A DNA stretch of 30,167 nucleotides from Oopsacas minuta. Taxonomy: Eukaryota; Animalia; Porifera. The notes beneath the pieces are model-generated. The model saw only the letters and a list, made by a program, of their open reading frames with translations. It had not been told where the DNA came from and ran no database searches. The translations under genes were made by a program, and so were the position numbers. Each line of letters begins with the position of its first letter. Positions within the stretch are counted from its first letter, which is position 1. Below, piece after piece: positions 11,232 through 21,521 of this stretch. Where the stretch lies: the NCBI GenBank assembly GCA_024704765.1, contig JAKMXF010000084.1, forward strand, positions 1-30,167, given 5' to 3'.

Positions 11232-12240
11232 TGTCAAATAGTATCCCTGAATTGAGTTTAGTATCTTAATAAATGCTCTTACTATAATGTAGACTAATCT
11301 AATGCTCCCTAGCCTAGTAATCTGGTACTTTATGAATTAAAAAGGTTATACATGTAAGAAAAGGAGACTGGGTCGTACTTGTTATACACAAGTAATTAAC
11401 TTTTCAAAAATATTTATCCCTGCAATTGCCCTCCCGAAATACTGCTTGCCCCCCTGAATGTCTTGCTCTAGCTACGTGCCTGCCTGAGGGGGTTGTTCAT
11501 AATGAACAAATGTTCATATTAAGCCGGATGGTTCAGTCAGCTGTCATACAAAATCCGATTAAAATAAAAAAAATCCGATTTTTTTGATATTTTTTAAAAA
11601 ATCATGATTTTATCAACTCTGATTTTATAACAAATATTTCAATGAGTAGATAGGGAATGACATCTCAGATTAATATCTTTGAAAACATACTCGAGAACAG
11701 TGAAATTTGAATATAGCAAGAGGATAATCTGCTGAAACTCAAAAGATTTGAGAGCAAAAATAATATAGACGTATCTCTAAAGTTTAAATGTAGGGGGAAT
11801 GATTACATAGAGCATCCCCCCAAGATCATAAGTGGGGGGATATATCCCCTCATCCCCCCGGATCTACGCCCCTGGTATAAGTTAACTATTCTTAAGGAAA
11901 TTATTCAATGCAATCTATGAATTTGCCACATTTGATATTTTGTATCTAAAATGTGATAATTTATTCTGAGACACAATTTTTTGTGAAGATGTTACTCTGG
12001 ACTTCATTTTTTCAATTTTGAGTATATAAAACAGATTTACAGTCTTCAGGATATAACCATTTAAAGTGGTTGAGTCATCAATAATTGGGCAGAATAATAT
12101 CAATCACAGATTTCGTATTTGAATGAGTATAAATTGAATAAATATATACAAACAAACACAAATAAATATATATTTACAAACACGAATATATGAACCTGCA
12201 AACAAATAAACAAATATTCAAAAATACTTTACTATTTATG

Positions 12241-12902
12241 CCATTTAAGAACAAATCTCTTAAATGCGGAACATCACTACTGACATAACATTTCGCACCT
12301 TTCATTACTCCCTTTTTTCTAATAATATTTCTCATTCACTCATGCATGTATTATACAAAGGCCATCTTCGTGTATAGTTATGGCGCCTAAATTTGCAAGA
12401 AATCCTCCCATACAACTTATCGTAGCCCGTGGGAAACTAAAAGTATATTTGGAATGTGTTCTTGTGATTCATCTAATTTCAATGGAATTTGACCGATTAA
12501 ACTGGAACCAAGATCATTAAAACAACTTGAAACTCGTTTCTCAACCGATTCGATCGACTCCTCATCGCTTGGACGGGGTCCTGCACGCTGTTCCTTCTTC
12601 TTACCCTCCCAACTTCCAAATCCTCGCTCTTTCAAGTTTCAAGCGATCTTCTAAAATTGGTTCTGTTATATATTTCATATTTTCAAGCGCCAATTTGATT
12701 ATATGCAACGTACTTAGAAGAGGACTACAATAGATACAATCGAATTTGTAATCGGTGAAACAAATACCAAGATGTTTGGACTGTGAAATTCCTTCTTCTC
12801 AAGTTTTGTATCTATTTGTCCTTGTAAAATGTGGAGTTTGTTTTCTAGTGTTATCCCATGACGTGTTATGAATAATCTGATTTTTGTAAAATCAGCCATC
12901 AT
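12241..12902 (-). pseudogene. Histidine phosphatase superfamily (TIGAR/phosphoglycerate-mutase-like) pseudogene
   Basis: RLFITRHG, QGQIDTKL, EEGISQSKHLG, FDCIYCSPL, LKERGFGSWEG, LLVSHG joined across -1 deletions (~12803, ~12420) and a 7-bp duplication TTTCAAG (12630-12643). 3' end approximate. Confidence 0.8.
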
Positions 12903-13182
12903 AATTAAGAATAATTCGATTAAGTATGTGCTGTTGACATTTCACAAATTCACTAGACTCCCCTAAATATGGTCACATCGGTACCCCCAGAGGCCCTATA
13001 GACACGATTAATCGTAGTAATTTGACGCTATTTGTATGGTTCTGTTTCTGGTCAAAGGACCCGATTAATCGCTAGCTCTATTATGCGGGTCTATTGTGTG
13101 AACTTTTTAGTATCAATAATTGGGAGATCAGTAAACAAGTTGTGTGTATAGTATGGATTAAAGGAAGGGATTTGATGGGGAA

Positions 13183-13395
13183 CTATCAATCCTTGGTCAG
13201 ATTGGGGAATTACTCTCAAACCAGGAATGAATTAAATTCTTCAAATTTGTATTCACGGAATTTCACTAAATTTTGGGATAATTCCTTAACAGAGATTCTC
13301 TGTTCCCTTCAAACAACAAATTGTATTAGAAACTGTGAAATTGGGAATTTAATTACAAACAAATATGTAAATAACAACAATATAATTAATATATT
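13183..13395 (-). repeat. Duplicate of the NHL copy-2 downstream flank plus 3' UTR and last codons of a fifth, truncated NHL gene
   Basis: Closely similar to 5951-6160. Ends in the conserved AATTTAATTACAAACAAATATG...AATTAATATAT 3' end (IY*) and then switches to unrelated sequence. Confidence 0.75.
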
Positions 13396-13439
13396 ATATT
13401 CTTGTTATTTAATCTAAAGTCTAAGTCGTTTAATACTTC

Positions 13440-13559
13440 TTATACGTTCAATCTACAATTTTAGTGACGTAACTTCTATTAGTTTAATTTCTGTAATAAA
13501 TATTTTGCATTAAAACAGAAGTTCTGGAATTATTAACGAGTAATCTCAGTTTAGTTAAC
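13440..13559 (-). repeat. ~120 bp dispersed repeat, inverted copy of 25771-25890
   Basis: TTATACGTTCAATCTACAATTTTAGTGACGTAACTTCTATTAG... is the reverse complement of ...CTAATAGAAGTTACGTCACTAAAATTGTAGATTGAACGTATAA. Confidence 0.85.
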
Positions 13560-14090
13560 AAACTATAATTCAATTTTAACATAATTAATTGTCTAAAAGA
13601 TTAGTAAAACACAAATTTGTCTTTCCTTGCTAAAATGGATATTTGTAGAATAATATAGTTTCAACAATTCACTAAAATGTTATTTGTCGGCACAGACGGC
13701 GATTTGAGTTTTTTAACAAATGGAATGAATTACTTTTAAGATATCTACCCCCTAATAGCGGAATTGTTTTTATTTCGGTATTAATAACAGTGAAAACTTC
13801 AATGTTGCTTGTTGTCTCTATTAGCTGGATTATGCTGTCTAGCAGAGGATACCATAATCTATATACGGATAAGGTGTTGACAAATATTCGTTGAATTCTG
13901 ATGCATAGCTCGCGAAAAATAATCACCACAAGAATTATCATGAATTTTATCACGTACTTTCAACATGAGCGATTGAAATCGGGACAACTTGGGAAGTAAC
14001 ATATTTGTATTATGCTGACTACATAAACACGGAGGGAGACAGTTGTGTACGAATTCCTCATTAGTAAGAACACAGTTAATATGTCCAATA

Positions 14091-14248
14091 CAGTGAAGTC
14101 TCCCAAAACGAACAACACCTCTACAACGAACAAGCTCGTTGAACGAAATATGTTTATAATACATGCAAATAGTATTTAATCAATCTTTGAGAAGCGGACA
14201 TTTCACCTACAACAGACAGACAAAATGTGTCTGTTACCGGGAGACTCC
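14091..14248. mobile_element. pogo/Tigger-like MITE, right end interrupted
   Basis: TA|CAGTGAAGTCTCCCAAAACG...; closely similar to the complete copy at 18361-18532. Confidence 0.8.
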
Positions 14249-14982
14249 TGTTTAGACAAAAATGGTCCCCCTACCTAACTTGTCCGGGGGGACTATTTTT
14301 GACAAATATCCATTGTATTGAATAACATTGGTCCCCATAAGTGATTCCTTAATAGGCTTTAGACTAATTAGTAGGCTATTCATACACCATGGTTTAGAGT
14401 AATTGAATGCAAGTTGCTTTAGTATTGTGAATACAGTACACCCTCGCTAATCCGAACAGTCCTGTGCCAATGAAAACACAAACTGTTCGGATTAGTGAAA
14501 TACCACTAATCCAATGGAAAATTTTCCCCCTCACTAATCCGAACCCTCGCAATATCCAACATACATCCTGGCTAATATCGAGTGCAGTATTAAGATTTGC
14601 ATTCAGTCCAGGCAAATGGCAAATGAGATCTTGCTTATATCAGAATCGTGGTAAACTGCATGCAAAGAACTGCGGATCATGGAGGTTCTATTATCTGTAC
14701 AAGATTACATATGAAAAGAAGATTTCAATCCCTCATATTTTGTTGAATAATCAAGATTAATGATGCATTGCACTGTCCGAGGGCATGACCAGTAAATGTA
14801 TAAATAGTTATTCGAGTACTTATCCATTATACAATAGTTTGAACTTTGAAGTTATATACATGTTGAGAACTATTTGAGGAATCCTCAAAAGTGAGGGGAC
14901 CATTTTTATTCAATACCATGGATATTTGTCAAAATTGGTCCCCCGGACCAGTTTTGCATGCGGGACCATTTTTGTCAAAACA
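14249..14982. mobile_element. Non-autonomous foldback element with long modular TIRs (Ginger-like TGT...ACA termini)
   Basis: ~90-bp imperfect inverted arms beginning TGTTT(A/T)GACAAAAATGGTCCC with repeated GGACCA/GGTCCCC modules. Flanks CTCC / CTAC are a possible 4-bp TSD. Contains Tigger-like pieces from 14434. Confidence 0.6.
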
Positions 14983-15335
14983 CTACATCTCATCAAAGAT
15001 TTGGCCATTTTTCTCCAAATAATGCTTACTAAACAAAGAAATTGCCATATTTTGAGATTTTTTGCTCTTTGGTTTGGAGACATGATGTTCTATACATTTA
15101 CTTGGGCATAATAGTACTGTTAGTCCGATACGAAACCATTCTGTATACTAATATCATATTTATGGTACACACTGCTTTGGCAAAAATGGTCCCCTCACTA
15201 CTCTTCTATGTAATCCGGTTTTTATCTGCTTTGTATTTTTCTAATAATTCCTTAACCTTATGAGATCTGAATTTTGGAATTTATTTAATTATCCCTATGT
15301 TGTTAGCTTAAAATCCGTTCTACTTGTTTATAGTG

Positions 15336-16470
15336 ATGGATACAGTAGAATATGAAACAATCTCCACTTACATAACTCCAAATCATACCCAATTTCTTGT
15401 ATAAAAGATCAAAAGAGGATGATTCGTAAAAGGCTGCTAGTTACGAGTTTGAAGCAGGTAAATTGATTCGACCATCACAAGGCTTTCGTTTAATAGTTAT
15501 CCGAGACAGTGAGTTAAAAGACATCCTCAAGGAAATACACGATAACTCTAGTCACCAATGTTCTAGATATTCCTATAATATTTCAAAAGACCGTTACTAT
15601 TGACCAAGCATGTACAAAGATATCGAAAGATATGTTTACTCTTGTATTTGTTGTCAGAAAAACCAACAAGGTTTGAAAGCGGCCACAAATCCATTGAAGC
15701 CTTTACCTATTATCACCAAGGTCTGGTATCGAGTCGGGATGGACTTAACGGGGTCACTTATTGAATCAAACGGCTACAAGTATATTTTGTGAATAATCGA
15801 CCATTTTACCAAGTGGATTGAAACTCGTCAATTACACTCCAAAGAAGCTAAAGAGGTCTCCAAAGGTATTTACTCGATACATTATCGACAAGGGGCACCT
15901 GTTCAAATCATTAGTGACAACGGCACAGAATTTACTAATATAATATCCAAAGCATTGCATGAAGATTATAACTGTAAGATTATATTCTGAACGCCCTATC
16001 ATCCTCAAACAAACCGATTAGTCGTGTCATCACACAAGGCTATCAAACGATCTCTGGTTGAATCTTTGTATGAAAAACATGAAAACTGGTCAAATTCCCT
16101 TGAAGGAATAAGCCTTGCAATCAATATCAGGCCAAGAACAACTACATCCTTCTCTGCTTTTGAGCTAATGCACGGTTCACGAAAACCTCGACTTCCTATT
16201 CAAGCACAGAACTTAATTCATCAATATCCAGAAGACTCAACTCTGGGTGAGTGGGCCGGAGACTACCAGATTGAAGAACTCGTTGATGTTTTCATGTATG
16301 AAACCCAAGAGTTTAATAGGAACAAAGCTGGAGAACACCTCTCACATTCACAAACTCTCATGAAACAACAATACGACAAGAAAGTAAATCCAATCGCTTT
16401 TAGTAAAATTGAGAATGGAGATAATGTTTTAGATCAGACTAATACTATAACTAATATGTCAGATCCGTGA
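15336..16470 (+). pseudogene. Gypsy-type integrase (GIN/Ginger-like), decayed
   Basis: HHCC region (IHDNSSHQ...RYY*PSMYKDIERYVYSCICCQ); core RVGMDLTG, IIDHFTKW, IISDNGTEF, TPYHPQTN, with several stops. No gag, RT or RNase H nearby; a TIR-like sequence lies at 15173. Confidence 0.85.
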
Positions 16471-16760
16471 CCTGATCTTTCTCTCCCGTAACCTCAGCGA
16501 ATCCTTTATTTACTTCTTTTCTCAAAATTGTGAACATATCCTTATCAACCATTTACATTTCTAATAATTTTAAGTTATCATATAAACTCGATGTCCGTAT
16601 ACTCAGCATCCGCTGTATTAGTATTAGTATATCAGCTGTTACTTAGTAATTAGCAGGACAAGAGTCTTGTTTGTAACTGATAGCTATAGTATGTACATGT
16701 TCTATCTATTAAGAATTAAGCAAAGTATTCCTACTCAGTATTTGATTTGTATATTGTATA

Positions 16761-18205
16761 ATGGCAGAGAAGTTAACAGACTCAGAAGGGAGAGAGGACT
16801 TGGTCTACATAAAGACAGAGGATGGTAGTTACAGAGGATGGAGGGTTGATTTGTTGGTAGACAACTTATCAAGCAAACTGGAAGAGAAAATATTGTCATG
16901 TAGCAGTTGTAAAGGAATGTTAAGAGATGCTTATTTCTATCAGGAAGAATTCAGGTGTGGTGTCTGTATTCCTGAAGGTGTAGCATGGCAACCAGTAAAG
17001 ATGAATCGTGAAATTGTCTCCGATAAAATGGTAGTTTATTTGTTGTTATTTACAAGTGTTTGTGTTTACAGATGAATTATTTATTTGTAGATTAGTTGTC
17101 CCCTAAAGAAGAGAGGGTGTGAATGGAGTGACACGGTGAGTACAGCAATACACCATCTGGAGGAATGTGAGTTCTTTCCTGTACTGTGTCCTCTGGGCTG
17201 TGTCTGTTTAGAAGGAGAGAGGAAGGGGAAAGTTATGAAGCTGGAGAAGAGACGGATTCCAGAACACCAGACAGACTCGTGTTCCTTAAGAGAACTGGTG
17301 TGTGAATTTTGTGTGAATACAGTGAAGGCCTGTGAGATGAATCCTCATTTGGAGGACTGTGAGCACTTTCCAGTTCCTTGTCCGAATGCATGTGCGATAG
17401 AAGGAAAGGAAGAGACCAGACCAATGAAGAGGAGAGATCTCCCTGTTCATCTAAATGATGAGTGTCCTTTACAGAAAGTAGAGTGTCCGTATTGGGAGTA
17501 TGGATGTAGAGAGGAGATGGAGAGGAAAGAGATGGATCTTCATCAAAGAGAATTCATTCATATTCACTTCAGATTATTAAAGACTGATATGAAACAGAAA
17601 CAAATTCAAATAATTGAGAAGATTTCAATTATGGAAAATGAAAGTGAAAGTAAAACCAAAGAGCTGGCTACAGCAAATACCAAAATCGAGAATTTAGAGA
17701 AACAAATTACTGAGAAGGATTCAGAACTGAAATCAATAATAGAAGTACTCTATTCTTATACACCTCTACCTACAGGACAATTGGAATGGAAGATTAAAGG
17801 TGTTAAACAGAAGATACAAAACAGAGAGAAGACTTACAGTGATCCATTCTATGTAGGTTTATGCAAGTGTCAGGAGAAAATTCTATGCAATCGGTAGAAT
17901 ACAGGTGTTTTCATTCATATTATGAAAGGCGGTTATGATGATAAACTACACTGGCCTATCAGATACAAATATACGTTAATTCTACTCAATCACATTAACA
18001 GTAATAATAACTATGAAATCACTAATCAAGTAACTAAGGAAACTTTGGAGAAATATCCTAATCGCTTCAAGAGACCTACTCAGCTGAGAAATGAAGGTTA
18101 TTGGCATATTCTATTCATTTCAAACACTGAAATATTAGAAGCTAAATATTGTAAAGAAGACAGCATAACTCTTCTAATCAAATAGAATTGTTACCAGCAT
18201 TATAG
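16761..18205 (+). pseudogene. TRAF-family gene, copy 1 (RING-like, zf-TRAF, coiled coil, MATH), with one in-frame TAG
   Basis: Exon 1 16761-17030; 60-bp GT-AG intron 17031-17090; exon 2 in frame (ISCPLKKRGCEW). MATH motifs LEWKIKGV, YSDPFYVG, MKGGYDDKLHWP. TAG at 17895-17897 is in frame with the ORF at 17922. A -1 in the A-run at ~18181 alters the last codons (IKIELLPAL*). Confidence 0.85.
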
Positions 18206-18360
18206 CTGTATTTGTATTTTTGTTTACTCCTTACTCCGAATGTGTGTTTACCTGAACATTAATATATTGATTATTTCCATTATTTACAACTAACACAGAT
18301 TATTTCCTTTTCATATTTATGCTTTTATGTGTTTCAGTTTACAACAGAATATATCCAATA

Positions 18361-18532
18361 CAGTGGAGTCTCCCAAAAACGGACAACACCTCTACAACGA
18401 ACAAACTCGTGGAACGAAATCAGTTTATAATACATGCGAATAAAGTTTAATTAATCTTTGAGAAGCGGACATCTCACCTACAACAGACAAAATATAATCC
18501 CCAAATGTGTCTGTTATTGGGAGACTCCACTG
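18361..18532. mobile_element. pogo/Tigger-like MITE (172 bp, complete)
   Basis: TA TSD; TIR CAGTGGAGTCTCCCAA perfect for 16 bp and ~25 bp with mismatches. Confidence 0.9.
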
Positions 18533-19181
18533 TATTACAATGATTTCAATTGAACTTTCTCTGTAGAAATATTAAGCTAGTTGTGTTAATATATTAGTAT
18601 ATATACGAGGCATTGTTATCCCATTGTAACCGAAAGAGCAAGTCTCTAAGAATATTTCCAGATTTCAATTATTCGTTTACTCTAAATTCATAAAACAACA
18701 AAACATTTGTGATTTCTGGATTCATTCTTGTATAACTTGTATCAAATCAATATTATTAAATCTCAATTGTTGTTTCTTTGTCTGTTGTGTACCTCGAGCC
18801 GCAATGCGCCAAGTTCATCGCGAAGCGGCTAGCTAAAGGCTCGTATTTATATCACTCAACTTGACAAAGTAATAGTTGTGTTTCAATAATATATCTTGGG
18901 GGGCCACAATCAACAAAGGTTTGAGAACCCTGGGAGTCTAGAAGGCTAGAAGCACATATTTCTAACATGTGTAGTGTAATACTATGTGTTTCTTAGTAGA
19001 ATTGGATTCTCAGTAGCTCTCACAAAATTATTGAATAAATCATGGGTTGTGGGAACATTTTTTGGTTTTTAGAAACCTTACCCCTCAAAATCCTGTTGCT
19101 GCTACATCCATGCTTATATGTCCGTCCTCTGCTCTCTGTCAGCTTGAGTAACAAATCTATTAATTTCTCCAAGGTCTAGCA

Positions 19182-19442
19182 ATGGATCCAGCACTGCTGT
19201 CACTGAGTGAGTTTTTGAATCAAACTCTATCAGCTGATGACTCTATCAGACGTCCAGCTGAGCAGGGTATGGAGTCTCTACATACAGAGGCTGGATACTC
19301 TCTCCTACTTCTGAAACTGATTCAGGAGTCCTCTGTCTCCTCCCACATTTCTCAGGCTGCTGCTATTGCATTCAAGAACTTTGTGAAGAGATACTGGGAC
19401 CCTGTAGATGAGAATGATTGTATTTCCCTTCAGGACAGACTG
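19182..19442 (+). pseudogene. CSE1L: Exportin-2 (CSE1L/CAS) first coding exon; no downstream exons seen in window
   Basis: MDPALLSLSEFLNQTLSADDSIRRPAEQ...LLLLKL...AAAIAFKNFVKRYW matches the importin-beta N-terminal domain of CSE1L. GT donor at 19443, phase 0. Confidence 0.75.
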
Positions 19443-19531
19443 GTATATTTATGTAGTAAGGTTACGGTTACTGTTCGTTTATCTCTGTTATTATACTTTA
19501 CATTCTGCTTATGACAGAATACACCACTGTA

Positions 19532-20876
19532 CAGGGTGTAACAAAAGTCTTGGCCGGTTCTCAATCGTAGATGGATTTAATATATACTAGTAATTATAGC
19601 ATACAACGGAAATACTAGTTGACTGATAGTTACTATATAGTAACTACATTTATACTATAGGCATATTGAATATCTTCAACACAGCTCTCGAATTTTTTTA
19701 GCATATTTACCTTACCAGTTTTTTTCGGGAAAATGAATGTCGGTGATCACGGAGTCGAGCTCCGTTCTAAAGCAATGGGATGCTTGAAGGAGGCATTACT
19801 CAAAAAGAGGTAGCTACACGTCTAAGTGTTGGAGTAAGATCAGTACGGAGATGGTGGAGTCAACACAAATGTGGTGAGACTATGGAGACTAAGCCTCGAT
19901 CTGGACGGCCTCAAATTTTGAAACGGGTATCACGAATTGTGATTAAGAAATCCTTGGGGAAAAGGAGGCAATCAACCCGAAAATTGTCGAGGAGACTATC
20001 TATCAAAGGAAACCCCATATCTCACATGACAATTCAGCGGCACTTAGCACAAAGGCTTGATGCCAGACCCTATAAACGTCCCAAATGGCCAAAACTTACA
20101 CAAAAAATCAAGGAAAATCGATTGAAATTCGCTCGGGATCATGAGAATTGGTCTTTCGAAGATTGGAATAAGGTGTTCTGGTCTGATGAATCACCCTTTG
20201 AGTTATTTCATTCGCCAAACAGACAGAATGATCGAGTATGGGCAATTGGTTCACAAAATATTGAGCCTATTTTTCAGGTCAAATTCCCAGCGAAAATTAT
20301 GGTCTAGGGAATGATGTCACACAGAGCGCTGTCAGAACCGCACATTGTACCCCAAAAACAGACCGTCAATGGAGCCTACTATAGGAACGAAATATTGAAG
20401 AAAACCTGTCTGGATGCGATCGCTCGTAAAGCTAAAAAGGGGTCCGTTATTGAGAGGTCCATGTTGGAAAACATGTCAGAATTTCTGTTCATGCAGGATG
20501 GTGCCCCCGCACACACGGCCAATGTCACGCAGCAGTGGTGTTCAGAGAAGTTCCCTCGGTTTTGGAAGAAAGGGGAGCGGCCAGCTAACTCCCCCGACTT
20601 GAATCCGATTGAAAATCTTTGAGGTATTTTATATGAACGGTTGGATGAAATGGGCTAGGTCACTACGATTCAGGCCCTAATTGCAAACCTAAAAACGGCA
20701 TGGAAGACGATTTCACCGAACTTACTTCGAAACCTGGTGAATGGGATGCCTAATCGAATGAAATTAGTTTTAGAAAGAGGTGGTGATTATATTGGTAAAT
20801 AATTAGATATTGTGACCTTGAAATATTTTATGTGAGCCACCATAATGCAACCGGCCAAGACTTTTGTTACACCCTG
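19532..20876 (+). mobile_element. Tc1-like (DD37E) DNA transposon, full length, inactive
   Basis: Perfect 28-bp TIRs CAGGGTGTAACAAAAGTCTTGGCCGGTT; TA TSD (19530-19531, 20877-20878); 1345 bp. Confidence 0.95.
19733..20802 (+). pseudogene. Tc1-family transposase with DD37E triad
   Basis: HTH N-terminus, WSDES, FMQDGAPAH, NSPDLNPIE; 37 residues counted between the second D and E. -1 frameshift at ~19780 and stops at 20305-20307, 20620-20622 and ~20656. Confidence 0.9.
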
Positions 20877-21521
20877 TATGTGTTTGGGGAAAACATGGAA
20901 GGTGTTTTCGCTCTGCTGTTCACACCTTTAGAGATTAAGACGCCAAATTTGGCATGTATACTCGTAGTGACATCTAGTTATGCACCTGACATTTGGAAAA
21001 TTTCTAATGTGTATATTTTCACATCTTTTGACACCTCTGTATTTTAACCCAATCAGATTGTAGGTTTTATAATTCGGCATAAATTCATAAATTAGTTTTG
21101 ATGTAATGTTTGTAATTTAATTAGCTCTATAATGTATTTGTATTGATGGAGACTGTAATTCTATTGGTTAATACATTCTTTTAAATATATATCACTGATT
21201 TATCATATGATTAATCATATTTTCACACCTTTTGGTGAACATTTCAAAATTATCCTGGACATTAAACCCTGAAACCCTGAGGAGTAGATTTCTTAGGTAA
21301 CAGCGGAAGGAAGGACGTAGCACATCGTCCATGCTTGTACCGACCATAATGTATACTATACATGATACTGTGTATGTAAGAACACCTTTCTGTCCCCTAT
21401 TCTGTATTTAGGGAATATCAGAATAAGTCGTCCAGAGGGCGGCGTTGCGCCAGGTGTTTATATAGAAAGAGTGAAATATGATAATTTAATTACAAACAAA
21501 TATGCAAACACAACAATGTAA

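Larger units (their letters stand above)
8286..11482 (+). mobile_element. Full-length hAT DNA transposon (3197 bp)
   Basis: Perfect 14-bp TIRs CAGGCACGTAGCTA; perfect 8-bp TSD CCTGAGGG (8278-8285, 11483-11490); encodes a transposase. Confidence 0.95.
8070..11621. mobile_element. Non-autonomous hAT-like MITE (middle layer; ~347 bp of own sequence)
   Basis: Termini CAGGGTTG... / ...CAACTCTG; imperfect TSD ATTATAAC / ATTTTATAAC. The empty site is visible in the paralogous element at ~23300 (GGATTATAGCATATATTTCAATG). Confidence 0.7.
7595..11874. mobile_element. Non-autonomous hAT element (outer layer of nest; ~720 bp of own sequence)
   Basis: Perfect 14-bp TIRs CAGGGGCGTAGATC; 8-bp TSD GTATAACT (7587-7594) / GTATAAGT (11875-11882). 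A relative lies at 22986-23545. Confidence 0.85.

Noticed and set aside
13672-14164. Overlapping minus-strand ORFs of 93 and 101 aa
   Set aside because: No recognisable motif, one runs into a MITE, and there is no convincing splice structure. Left unannotated; a translated search is needed.
15336-16470. LTR retrotransposon
   Set aside because: No gag, protease, RT, RNase H, LTR pair or PBS recognised; only an integrase with a TIR-like end.
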